A DNA stretch of 64,000 nt from an uncultured Muribaculaceae bacterium (GTDB lineage: Bacteria > Bacteroidota > Bacteroidia > Bacteroidales > UBA932): positions 3,600 to 67,599 of the forward strand of contig CAZSXE010000004.1 of NCBI GenBank assembly GCA_964611185.1, written 5' to 3'. Both the position numbers and the translations under genes were made by a program. The notes beneath the pieces are model-generated. The model searched no databases and was not told the DNA's origin. It saw nothing but the letters and a program-made list of their open reading frames with translations. Positions 44,527 through 53,714 of this stretch are shown one piece after another (the stretch's first letter is position 1; every line of letters begins with the position of its first letter).

Positions 44527-46413
44527 ATGAAGAAAATTTTCAACATCGATTTTTTTGCAAAACGGTTTGGAGATGTTAAAATTCTTCAATCATGGGTGGT
44601 TTTGGTTATTGATATGTTGCTCTCTTTGTTGGCAACCATCATATCTGTTCTTATTGTCGATTTATTTGTTGATTATCCTATAAGTTTCAAAATAATAGGA
44701 ATTTGTTTCTCGGTTTCGATAGTTTCATCCATAATTCCATTTTTATTATTACATACTTACAGAAAAGTTATTCGTCACTCAGGGTTGAAAGATATTCTTC
44801 TATTGGGATATGCTTCTCTCTTTAAATCTGCACTTTTTTTCATTATCACTTTTTTCCTCAGTTATAAGATAGGAACACTTAATGACTTGATTTTTAACTG
44901 TATGGTGGATTTCTTCCTTACATTTATGTTCCTTGTGGTGTTTAGAGCCTCTGCTCTCTCGGTTTATGACCGTTTAAGGGCTGAATTGGTGAAAAATATT
45001 AATGGAGATAATGTTCTGATATACGGTATCGGTATCAAAAGTGTGGCCCTTCTTAATTTTTTTAATAAAAGCCAGTTTTATAATGTGGCCGGATTTTTGG
45101 CTTATGATTCAAAAGAGAAATATCTTAAAATTGAACAGTATAATGTATATTGCTTTACCAAAAAAGAAGATTTGAATGGTATTTTAACCAAGAAAAATGT
45201 AAGATATGTCATTTTCCCCACTTATAGCGATTTGCTCAATGAAAAAAACAGGCTTGTTTTATATGCTCAGCAAAATGGTGTAAAGATGCTCATATCTCCC
45301 AATATAGATCAGGTCAATCCCAATAACGGAGTACTGAAGCTTGGTATAAGAGAGATAAAAATTGAAGATTTGCTCGGACGCGATGAAATACAGATAGATA
45401 TGGATAGAATTACTGATAATTTTTCAGGTAAGACCGTCCTTGTAACCGGAGCAGCAGGGTCTATCGGGAGTGAAATTTGCAGACAGCTGATTAAAACTCA
45501 TATTAAAAAGCTGATCATGCTTGATGCTGCTGAAACACCACTCCATAACCTCAGGCTGAATATGGAAGATAAGTATGGGGGAACTGTGGAATTTGTACCG
45601 ATAATCGCAGATGTAAGACTCCTTTCGAGACTTGATTTCATATTCAATAAACACAGACCCGATATAGTGTTTCACGCTGCTGCCTACAAACATGTCCCAT
45701 TGATGGAGGAAAACCCTTGTGAGGCTGTTTTTGTTAATGTTGTGGGGACGAAAAATGTAGCTGATATTTCTGAAAAATATAATGTGGGAAAATTTATTAT
45801 GATTTCTACTGACAAGGCGGTAAATCCCACTAATGTAATGGGAGCTACGAAAAGGGTGGCGGAAATGTATGTGCAGAGTATGACGGGGAAAACAAAATTT
45901 ACCACTACGAGATTCGGAAATGTTCTTGGATCCAACGGTTCTGTAATTCCGAGATTTCGTGAACAGATAGAGAAAGGGGGGCCTCTTACAGTTACTTCAG
46001 AAGAAATAAATCGTTTTTTTATGTCGATTCCGGAGGCTTGCAGGCTTGTTTTGGAAGCTGCTACGATAGGAGTTGGAGGGGATATCCTTGTTTTCGATAT
46101 GGGAGAACCTGTGAAAATTATTGATTTGGCTACAAAAATGATAGAGCTGGCAGGGTATCGCCCCGGTGAAGATATAAAAATTAAAATAACAGGACTTCGA
46201 CCCGGGGAAAAACTATTTGAAGAGGTATTAAATGATTTAGAGACAACTCTTCCTACTTCAAATAAGAAAATCAGAATAGCAAAGGTGCGTGAAAGCGATA
46301 ATTTGTCGGTTTCAAAACAAATCGAGGAGTTCGATAAGTTGGTGAGAAAGGTGGAAATACCGGAGACCATTGCTTTACTGAAGAAAATGGTGCCAGAATT
46401 TATTCACGAATAA
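44527..46413 (+). CDS. membrane-anchored NDP-sugar 4,6-dehydratase/epimerase (CapD/WbpM/PglF family), copy 2
   Basis: About 628 aa from ATG 44527, 1 nt after the copy 1 stop (the track starts at 44503). Same motifs: VLVTGAAGSIGSEI, AAAYKHVP, ISTDKAVNP. By eye roughly two-thirds identical to copy 1 in the catalytic half. Confidence 0.9.
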   Translation: MKKIFNIDFFAKRFGDVKILQSWVVLVIDMLLSLLATIISVLIVDLFVDYPISFKIIGICFSVSIVSSIIPFLLLHTYRKVIRHSGLKDILLLGYASLFKSALFFIITFFLSYKIGTLNDLIFNCMVDFFLTFMFLVVFRASALSVYDRLRAELVKNINGDNVLIYGIGIKSVALLNFFNKSQFYNVAGFLAYDSKEKYLKIEQYNVYCFTKKEDLNGILTKKNVRYVIFPTYSDLLNEKNRLVLYAQQNGVKMLISPNIDQVNPNNGVLKLGIREIKIEDLLGRDEIQIDMDRITDNFSGKTVLVTGAAGSIGSEICRQLIKTHIKKLIMLDAAETPLHNLRLNMEDKYGGTVEFVPIIADVRLLSRLDFIFNKHRPDIVFHAAAYKHVPLMEENPCEAVFVNVVGTKNVADISEKYNVGKFIMISTDKAVNPTNVMGATKRVAEMYVQSMTGKTKFTTTRFGNVLGSNGSVIPRFREQIEKGGPLTVTSEEINRFFMSIPEACRLVLEAATIGVGGDILVFDMGEPVKIIDLATKMIELAGYRPGEDIKIKITGLRPGEKLFEEVLNDLETTLPTSNKKIRIAKVRESDNLSVSKQIEEFDKLVRKVEIPETIALLKKMVPEFIHE

Positions 46414-46426
46414 TACTACTACAGAT

Positions 46427-48799
46427 ATGAGATTTAAAACACTACTAATTATTTTCTCTTTTTTTACTCTGTCACTTTCGGTGGCAGCTCAAACTTCTGC
46501 TCAGATCGAGGCGGCAAAGGCTATGGCCCGTTCTCAAGGATATAGTGAAGCTGAAATTAATGCTATGATTAATCAGCAGCAGGGAGGTGGCTCTAAACAA
46601 AAAACAGCAGTAGTCAATGAAATTGATAGAAATGCTCTTCCTGCTACCGGCTTTCAGAGTGATATGGTACAGCAGCAGAAATTACTTCCTGTCAATGAGC
46701 CTGATAAAAAGAAAGATACGACTAAAATAGCAGTTTACGGGCATGATATTTTTAATTCTCCCGATTTGAATTTTATCCCGAGTTACAATATTCCCACTCC
46801 TGAAAATTATAAATTATCGGCTGGAGATGAAATAGTAATAGATTTGTGGGGAAGTGTGTATATTAATTTCACTCAGTCCATCTCTCCGGAAGGAAGTGTG
46901 ACCATCCCCGAACTCGGGCCGGTGTATCTTGCCGGTCAGACCATAAAACAGGCGGAGGAAAATATTAAGATATATCTAACACGGATATACTCAGGCCTTG
47001 GTGGAAATGAACCCACTACTTTTCTTAGAGTAACCCTCGGAAGGATGCGTTCATTTACTATAAATGTGGTAGGAGATGTATTAAAACCCGGTACTTACAC
47101 CCTCCCTTCGTTGTCCAACATTACTTCCGCTCTTTATCTTGCAGGTGGACCCAATAATCTCGGATCAGTCAGAGATATTAAACTTTACAGAAATAACAAA
47201 CTCATCAATACATTTGATGTGTATAAATTTTTAGAGGGAGATTTTTCGGCAAATGTCAGACTTGAAGATAATGATCTCATCAAAGTTTCTACTTATGAAA
47301 ATGTGATTACTGTTTCAGGCTCTGTAAAACGGCCGATGAAATACGAATTAAAACCTGATGAGAACCTTAATACACTGCTAAATTATGCTGGAGGTTTTTC
47401 TAAAGATGCATACTCTGAGAGAGTTCATATTACACGGGTAAAAGGTTTAAGAAGTGAGAGTTTTGATATTACTTCAAAAGAGTATTCCTCTTTCAAAATG
47501 ATGGATGGTGATGTATTGACTGTATCTCCGAATATTAAAGACAATTTGAACAGAGTCTATATTTACGGCTCTGTGTGGCATCAGGGGACTTATGCAATTT
47601 CTGATAATTTAAATACTCTTCAGCAGTTGATTAATGCCGCGGGAGGGGTAAAGGATGATGTATTTGAAGACAGAGGCTATATCCAGAGATTTAATGAGAA
47701 AAGGGATACTGTGGCGCTTCATTTCAGTGTGAAGAATGTTATCGAAGGGACAGAAGAGGTTTTTCTAATGCCGGATGATTCCATCAGGATATTCGCCCAC
47801 CATGAACTTGAAAAAAGAACCCTTGTCTATACTTTTGGAGAGCTTAACAGGCCTGATACCTTTGTATTCAGACCGGGAATCACCCTTGGTGATGTAATTC
47901 TTCTCTCGGGAGGTTTTACAGTCGGTGCTGCCCGTTCAAATATAGATGTGGCCAGAAGAAATGCCAATGACGGAGCTTTTTCCGAATCGGATACTATTGC
48001 CCTTGTATATAATTTCAATCTGAATGAAAAGCCCGAAGATGTTAATTTTGAGCTTAATCCCTACGATGTCGTATTCGTCAGAACGGCACCCAATTATAAA
48101 AAACAGCAGACTATATCTGTCGAAGGGGAGGTTATTTTCCCCGGGAAATATGTAATAGAAAAGAATGTGGTGAGGGTGTCTGATGTTATAAAAAGGGCAG
48201 GTGGGGCAAATGGAGATGCTTATATTCACGGAGCTACTATAAAACGTCGCTTGACAGATGCTGAATATGAAAGGGCTATTATGGCCCGAAATATTGCTCT
48301 TAAGCAATCGGGGATAGATAGCACGAGAATAGAGGTGATTAATAGGAATGAAACATATAATGTGGGTCTTGATTTGCAGGCTGCTATTGATAATCCGGGA
48401 TCGTTTGCCGATGTGGTATTAAGGACAGATGATGTGATAAATGTCCCTAAAATGAATAATACCGTTAAAATATCGGGCGGTGTCCTCTTTAAAAATACAG
48501 TAACTTATAATCCATCTTTAAAACCTAAGGATTATATAAATATGGCGGGAGGCTATATGAAACATGCTATCAGAAAAAATACATACATCGTCTATATGAA
48601 CGGTTATGTCTCTCGAAAAGGGACTTCCCGTTATAAAGTGGAGCCGGGGTGTGAAATTATTGTCCCGATGAAAGATATGAGTCAGACAAACAGAGTAAGT
48701 GCGGCAGAAATTGCTTCAATAGCTTCTTCTACTGCCTCTGTATCGGCTGTGGTGATAAGTATGATTAATTCATTAAGTAGTAAATCTTCTGGTAATTAA
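46427..48799 (+). CDS. Wza-like polysaccharide export outer-membrane protein with multiple SLBB repeats
   Basis: 790 aa. Signal peptide (VAA|QTS). Poly_export-like motif (LSAGDEIVIDLWG) followed by several repeats of the GDV..PG.Y type. Confidence 0.85.
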   Translation: MRFKTLLIIFSFFTLSLSVAAQTSAQIEAAKAMARSQGYSEAEINAMINQQQGGGSKQKTAVVNEIDRNALPATGFQSDMVQQQKLLPVNEPDKKKDTTKIAVYGHDIFNSPDLNFIPSYNIPTPENYKLSAGDEIVIDLWGSVYINFTQSISPEGSVTIPELGPVYLAGQTIKQAEENIKIYLTRIYSGLGGNEPTTFLRVTLGRMRSFTINVVGDVLKPGTYTLPSLSNITSALYLAGGPNNLGSVRDIKLYRNNKLINTFDVYKFLEGDFSANVRLEDNDLIKVSTYENVITVSGSVKRPMKYELKPDENLNTLLNYAGGFSKDAYSERVHITRVKGLRSESFDITSKEYSSFKMMDGDVLTVSPNIKDNLNRVYIYGSVWHQGTYAISDNLNTLQQLINAAGGVKDDVFEDRGYIQRFNEKRDTVALHFSVKNVIEGTEEVFLMPDDSIRIFAHHELEKRTLVYTFGELNRPDTFVFRPGITLGDVILLSGGFTVGAARSNIDVARRNANDGAFSESDTIALVYNFNLNEKPEDVNFELNPYDVVFVRTAPNYKKQQTISVEGEVIFPGKYVIEKNVVRVSDVIKRAGGANGDAYIHGATIKRRLTDAEYERAIMARNIALKQSGIDSTRIEVINRNETYNVGLDLQAAIDNPGSFADVVLRTDDVINVPKMNNTVKISGGVLFKNTVTYNPSLKPKDYINMAGGYMKHAIRKNTYIVYMNGYVSRKGTSRYKVEPGCEIIVPMKDMSQTNRVSAAEIASIASSTASVSAVVISMINSLSSKSSGN

Positions 48800-48803
48800 T
48801 ATT

Positions 48804-49964
48804 ATGGATCAAAATATTCAAAACGACAATTCTAATAAGCAGGAACAGGAAATCGACCTGATAGAGCTTGTAAAGAGACTATGGCAGAAAAGGAAGTTAA
48901 TTTTATATATAACGCTTGGATTTATGATAGTGGGACTTTTTGTGGCGCTGTTTTCCCCAAAAGTATATACTTCCAAATGTGTTTTCGTTCCGCAATCTTC
49001 TAAAAAATCATCAAGTTCGACCCTCTCTTCGCTGGCCTCTATGGCTGGAATAAACCTGAATGATATAGGGGGAAACAGTGAGTCTCTCTCTCCACTTGTA
49101 TATCCTCAAGTGCTGGATAATGTGGATTTTCAGAAAGAGATTATGTATTCAAAAATCAAATTTGACGAATGGGATGAACCGATAACCTTGATAGATTACT
49201 ATACTAATCCTGATTATCAGAAATTCAGTCTTATAGGGACGGTGATGAAATACACAATAGGTCTTCCCGGAGTCATAATTAATGCCATAAGAAATTCACC
49301 TGATACTGTTTCGATCCCTGTACTAAAAGGAGAATCATTTAATTATTATTCAAAAGACGAATTCCAATGTTCTAAAATTTTGAAAAAGAAAGTTCAGTTA
49401 AATCTTGATGAAAAAAAAGGCTATATCACCCTTTCTGTGGAGATGCCTGAACCTTTGGCTGCAGCACAGCTTGCTCAAAAGGCTTTTGAACTGCTTCAGC
49501 GCTATATTACCGAATTCAAGATAGAAAAAGCTCAGGCCAATATGTCTTTCATTCAGGGTCGCTATGACGAAGCTAAAGCAGATTTTGAAAATAAACAGCT
49601 CGCCTTAGCACAGTTCAAAGATGCTAACAGAGTCCTTTCTACTGCGACTGCAAGTACCAAACTTGAACAGCTGAACTCAGAATATAATATTTCCTATGCC
49701 ATATATACCGAAATTTCAAAGCAGCTTCTTCAGGCAGGGATTCAGGTTAAAGAGGATACTCCTATTCTCACTGCCGTACAGCCTGTAGTGGTTCCATTCA
49801 AAAAAACTAAGCCAAAACGATCGCAAATTCTTGTTATTTGGACATTTTTGGGTTTTGTATTGGGATGTGGATATGTTTTCGGAGCTGATTTTGTTAATAA
49901 ATCTTTTCCCGATTTTCATCCATTCTCAAAAAAGGGAGATAAGGAAGGTACATCAGCCTCATAA
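48804..49964 (+). CDS. Wzz-family chain-length determinant protein (no kinase domain)
   Basis: 386 aa. N-terminal TM after EIDLIELVKRLWQKRK, a coiled periplasmic region and a C-terminal TM. Confidence 0.8.
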   Translation: MDQNIQNDNSNKQEQEIDLIELVKRLWQKRKLILYITLGFMIVGLFVALFSPKVYTSKCVFVPQSSKKSSSSTLSSLASMAGINLNDIGGNSESLSPLVYPQVLDNVDFQKEIMYSKIKFDEWDEPITLIDYYTNPDYQKFSLIGTVMKYTIGLPGVIINAIRNSPDTVSIPVLKGESFNYYSKDEFQCSKILKKKVQLNLDEKKGYITLSVEMPEPLAAAQLAQKAFELLQRYITEFKIEKAQANMSFIQGRYDEAKADFENKQLALAQFKDANRVLSTATASTKLEQLNSEYNISYAIYTEISKQLLQAGIQVKEDTPILTAVQPVVVPFKKTKPKRSQILVIWTFLGFVLGCGYVFGADFVNKSFPDFHPFSKKGDKEGTSAS

Positions 49965-49968
49965 AAAT

Positions 49969-50820
49969 ATGGGAAATATTTTAATTACCGGAGCTAATGG
50001 ACAGCTTGGAAATGAGCTAAGGGTATTGTCCGGAGGAAAAGAAAATTTCTTTTTTACCGATGTTGCTGAACTTGATATTACTGATGCCTCTGCAATTGAG
50101 CAGTTTATGGCGGAGCATCGGATAGAAACAGTAATTAACTGTGCCGCTTTTACCAATGTGGATAAGGCTGAAGATTGCTGCGACTTAGCAGATAAATTAA
50201 ATAATGAGGCTGTTGCCAATATTGCACGAAGTTGTAAATCTGCCAATGCCTTTTTTATCCATATTTCTACCGACTATGTCTTTGACGGAGAGAAATGTAT
50301 CCCTTACACTGAATCTGAAAAGCCCTTTCCCACAGGAGTTTATGGTAGAACAAAGCTCGCCGGAGAGAAAAGTGTATTGGAAAGCGGGTGCTCCTTTGTA
50401 ATCATAAGGACTGCATGGCTATATTCCGAATACGGCAATAATTTCGTCAAGACGATGAGGCGACTATTTGGAGAGAAGGAGAGTATTTCTGTGGTATTCG
50501 ATCAGGTAGGAACTCCTACTTATGCGTTAGATCTCGCTAAAGCAATACTAAATATCGCTGGATGTGAAACTCGTCTTGAACATCAAGGCATCTATCATTT
50601 CAGTAATGAAGGTGTCTGCTCATGGTATGATTTTGCTGTCGCAATAAGAGATCTTTCTGCTCTTGAGTGCAATATCCGGCCATGTCATTCCTCCGAATTC
50701 CCTTCAAAGGTAAAAAGACCGTCATATTCTGTTTTGGATAAAACTCTCATTAAGAGTGTGTTCGGAATAGATATTCCTTACTGGAGAGACAGTTTGGAAA
50801 AATGTATCTCTAATTTTTAA
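49969..50820 (+). CDS. rfbD: dTDP-4-dehydrorhamnose reductase
   Basis: 283 aa from ATG 49969 (MGNILITGANGQLGNEL). ISTDYVFDG and YGRTKLAGE motifs. The track ORF start at 49831 is an upstream extension overlapping wzz. Confidence 0.9.
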   Translation: MGNILITGANGQLGNELRVLSGGKENFFFTDVAELDITDASAIEQFMAEHRIETVINCAAFTNVDKAEDCCDLADKLNNEAVANIARSCKSANAFFIHISTDYVFDGEKCIPYTESEKPFPTGVYGRTKLAGEKSVLESGCSFVIIRTAWLYSEYGNNFVKTMRRLFGEKESISVVFDQVGTPTYALDLAKAILNIAGCETRLEHQGIYHFSNEGVCSWYDFAVAIRDLSALECNIRPCHSSEFPSKVKRPSYSVLDKTLIKSVFGIDIPYWRDSLEKCISNF

Positions 50821-52176
50821 TTAATCTTGTTCGAGATAGGGGATCCCTTTGTAGTATTTTACTACTTTACTTTTTAATATATAGGTCAATGCGGAGTTCA
50901 GCTTTTCTGCTTTTGAAACAAGTAGGAGGTTGGAGCTCGTTTGGAGATCGAGGACACTTATAAGCCCCTCTTCGTATTTTTTGGAATTTGCAATATATGC
51001 TATTTTCTGAGCGTTGGCTCTTTTATCGGCCTGAACATATTCTTTGGCAGCCCCCTCCATATCTTGAACGGCACGCTGTATCTCTGTCTCAACCTCCTGA
51101 AGCTTTTGTTCTTTGGTATATTGTGCCCGAAGCATCGCATTTTTCATTTTACCTCTTGTATTCCATCTATTGAGTGAGTTGAAAATGGGGATACTTATCC
51201 CTACTCCTATGTATTCTCCCGATTTTGATTTAATCTGATCCATAAATGGGGAAGAGCTGTTACCTTCGCTTAGAAGAGCTGCGTAGCCTGTTGAATATCC
51301 CCCCTGGGCATAAAGATTTGGGAGAATTCTTAATTTTGCAGTTTGGTAATTATATTGGGCTTGATGAAGCTGATACTCAGCAATTTTAATAGCGGGGAGG
51401 AAGTGCTTGGCTGCATTGAAAATCGTGTCTGCCGATTCTTTCTCTTTGAATGGATCTACAAGCCAAACCATATTGGTGTCGATTTGTATCTCTTTATCAA
51501 TAGGGAAGAACATAAGACCTTTTAGAACAGTAAGGGCATCAGCAAGATTATTTTGTTCTTTGACATGGTTGTAGTCATTGGTAGCTACCTGTGCCTCTAC
51601 CTGAAGAAGGTCGGCCTGCCCTTTAAGGCCGAGCTCAAGCATGACAGAGGTCTGTTTGAGATTCTTTTTACTCTCTTCAAGCTGCTCGCTCGTAATCTTT
51701 ACCATACCTGTTTTATAAAGGACATTAAAATATGCCTGAATTATTTCGAGACATAGTACATCTTCCACCTGCTTGTACTCTTCTATCCCCGATTGTTGTG
51801 CTATTTTTGCAATTCTATAATTATTTACCACTGAAAATCCGTTGAATATAGTGTATTCTGCCGAAATACTGTAACTGTTACTGAATGATGCCACATTTGT
51901 GTAAATATTGGTTTCCGGGTCGAGTGAACGGCCGAAATTGGTAGAAGCAGAAGAATTTGCATTAATGGAAGGGATCCAGTTCATATATGATTCTCTGTAA
52001 TCAAGGCGATAATCATCATTCTTTGCCTTTTGAATTTTGGTTTTTGAAGAATTATCAATAGCAAAAAGCATACAGTCGTGTAAACTCCACATTTTATCAC
52101 TGTTTACGACTTCTTGGGAAAATCCGTGGATTATACACAGAGATACTAATAAAAGAATAAAAAAAATGCGTTTCAT
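50821..52176 (-). CDS. TolC-family outer-membrane efflux protein (no adjacent pump components)
   Basis: 451 aa. Signal peptide (GFS|QEV). Two OEP-type repeat halves. Confidence 0.85.
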   Translation of the reverse strand: MKRIFFILLLVSLCIIHGFSQEVVNSDKMWSLHDCMLFAIDNSSKTKIQKAKNDDYRLDYRESYMNWIPSINANSSASTNFGRSLDPETNIYTNVASFSNSYSISAEYTIFNGFSVVNNYRIAKIAQQSGIEEYKQVEDVLCLEIIQAYFNVLYKTGMVKITSEQLEESKKNLKQTSVMLELGLKGQADLLQVEAQVATNDYNHVKEQNNLADALTVLKGLMFFPIDKEIQIDTNMVWLVDPFKEKESADTIFNAAKHFLPAIKIAEYQLHQAQYNYQTAKLRILPNLYAQGGYSTGYAALLSEGNSSSPFMDQIKSKSGEYIGVGISIPIFNSLNRWNTRGKMKNAMLRAQYTKEQKLQEVETEIQRAVQDMEGAAKEYVQADKRANAQKIAYIANSKKYEEGLISVLDLQTSSNLLLVSKAEKLNSALTYILKSKVVKYYKGIPYLEQD

Positions 52177-52206
52177 CTCAGCTAATAATTATTTTGTAAT
52201 TACAAA

Positions 52207-52222
52207 TGCCAAAAATGTGCCT
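52207..52222 (-). promoter_or_regulatory. candidate sigma-54 (-24/-12) promoter for the TolC gene
   Basis: Minus strand reads AGGCAC-ATTTT-TGGCA against consensus TGGCAC-N5-TTGCA. GG-to-GC spacing is correct. The -12 GC lies about 32 nt upstream of the TolC ATG. No TAnnTTTG box in this intergenic region on that strand. Confidence 0.5.
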
Positions 52223-52286
52223 TTGTTGTAATTGTTTGATATACAGATAAGTAGGTATAAGCGGAAATATATATGTGTCAAAAATT

Positions 52287-52303
52287 TTTACACAGGGTGT
52301 AAA
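52287..52303. promoter_or_regulatory. palindrome TTTACAC-AGG-GTGTAAA (candidate enhancer-binding-protein site)
   Basis: Perfect 7-bp arms, about 65-80 nt upstream of the sigma-54 -24 element. Overlaps a second inverted repeat, TGTGT (52274-52278) / ACACA (52290-52294). Confidence 0.4.
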
Positions 52304-52338
52304 TTAATTTGACTTTATTTTATAACTTGCAAAAAAAA

Positions 52339-53703
52339 ATGAAAAAGGGATCTATATTGGTGGTTGATGACAATAAAGGGATTCTTACGGCATTAAATAT
52401 GCTCCTTCCCATCTACTTCAAGGAAGTGGAACTGCTTCAATCTCCTAATACATTGGTAACTACCATAAGAAATAAAATTTTCGATGTGGTTCTCCTCGAT
52501 ATGAATTTTCACGCAGGAGTTAATACGGGAAATGAGGGATTCTACTGGCTTTCCGAGATTAAAAAGTATTCTCCTGTCTCAGAAGTTGTCCTTTTTACCG
52601 CTTATGCCGATATAGATCTTGCTGTAAACGCGATGAAAAGCGGTGCATTCGATTTTGTGGTAAAGCCTTGGGATAATGCCAAATTGATCTCTACATTAAT
52701 GGCCGCTTATGAATTAAGTCTCTCTAAAAAAGAGTTGAAGCAGCTCAGAGAGATAAAAAATGAGTTCAAGCAAGAAGGAGATATGTTCTGGGGAGACTCT
52801 TCAAAGATGAAAGAACTCCGCTCGTTAATAGAAAAAGTGGCATCCACAGATGCTTCTATTTTGATAACAGGGGAAAACGGTACAGGAAAAGATGTACTTG
52901 CACGCGAGATACATCGTCTTTCAAAAAGAAGCGCTGAAAGTATGGTCTCGGTTGACATCGGTTCTCTTCCCGAATCTCTTTTCGAGAGCGAATTGTTCGG
53001 ACATATTAAAGGGGCGTTTACCGATGCTAAAGCGGATAGAGCAGGGAAGTTTGAAGTGGCCAATTACGGAACATTATTTCTTGATGAAATCGGAAATATA
53101 CCTATGCACATTCAGTCTAAGCTTTTGAGTGCAATACAGAATAAATATATAGTAAGAGTCGGTAGTAATAAACCAATTCCGGTAGATATACGATTGATAA
53201 CCGCTACAAACAAAAATTTGGAGGAGAGTGTGGCAAAAGGAGAATTTAGGGAAGATTTGTTGTATCGAATCAATACCATCCATATTCAGCTGCCGCCTTT
53301 GAGGGACAGGAAAGAGGACATCTTGCCTCTTACTACAATGTTTTTGAAAAGGTATGCTTCCAAATATGGAAAAAATATTTCCTCAATAGATCAAAATGCA
53401 GTAGATAAACTGAAAGACTATAAGTGGAATGGAAATATACGTGAATTGCAGCATTCGGTAGAAAAAGCAGTTATATTGTGTGAAGGGAACACCTTGGTTC
53501 AGGGCGATTTCTTACTTGTTCAGCAGAACGCCACTAAATCGGAGGGATCAGCCAATATGGAAGAGACCACCCTTGAAGAGATGGAACGGGAAATGATTGC
53601 TTTTTCTCTAAAGAAATATGAGGGGAATCTCTCAATAGTAGCTAAAAAGCTCGGTGTTACCCGTCAAACACTCTATAATAAACTTAAAAAATACGATTTG
53701 TAA
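52339..53703 (+). CDS. sigma-54-dependent response regulator (NtrC family: REC + AAA+ + Fis HTH)
   Basis: 454 aa from ATG 52339 (MKKGSILVVDDN). The track starts at TTG 52309. Walker A GENGTGKD, GAFTDA sigma-54 contact motif, C-terminal HTH AKKLGVTRQTLYNKLKKY. Confidence 0.9.
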   Translation: MKKGSILVVDDNKGILTALNMLLPIYFKEVELLQSPNTLVTTIRNKIFDVVLLDMNFHAGVNTGNEGFYWLSEIKKYSPVSEVVLFTAYADIDLAVNAMKSGAFDFVVKPWDNAKLISTLMAAYELSLSKKELKQLREIKNEFKQEGDMFWGDSSKMKELRSLIEKVASTDASILITGENGTGKDVLAREIHRLSKRSAESMVSVDIGSLPESLFESELFGHIKGAFTDAKADRAGKFEVANYGTLFLDEIGNIPMHIQSKLLSAIQNKYIVRVGSNKPIPVDIRLITATNKNLEESVAKGEFREDLLYRINTIHIQLPPLRDRKEDILPLTTMFLKRYASKYGKNISSIDQNAVDKLKDYKWNGNIRELQHSVEKAVILCEGNTLVQGDFLLVQQNATKSEGSANMEETTLEEMEREMIAFSLKKYEGNLSIVAKKLGVTRQTLYNKLKKYDL

Positions 53704-53714
53704 TATATTTTAAG

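Noticed and set aside
45684-46370. 228-aa ORF antisense to the second CapD gene, with a similar 94-aa ORF at 44054-44338 antisense to the first copy
   Set aside because: Ser/Ile/Thr-rich low-complexity translation typical of shadow frames. The similarity between the two antisense ORFs is explained by conservation of the sense-strand catalytic domain. There is no promoter box or independent evidence.
49831-49968. Upstream 46-codon extension of the rfbD ORF overlapping wzz
   Set aside because: The Rossmann N-terminus MGNILITGANG starts at ATG 49969, 4 nt after the wzz stop. The extension is hydrophobic nonsense overlapping a real gene.
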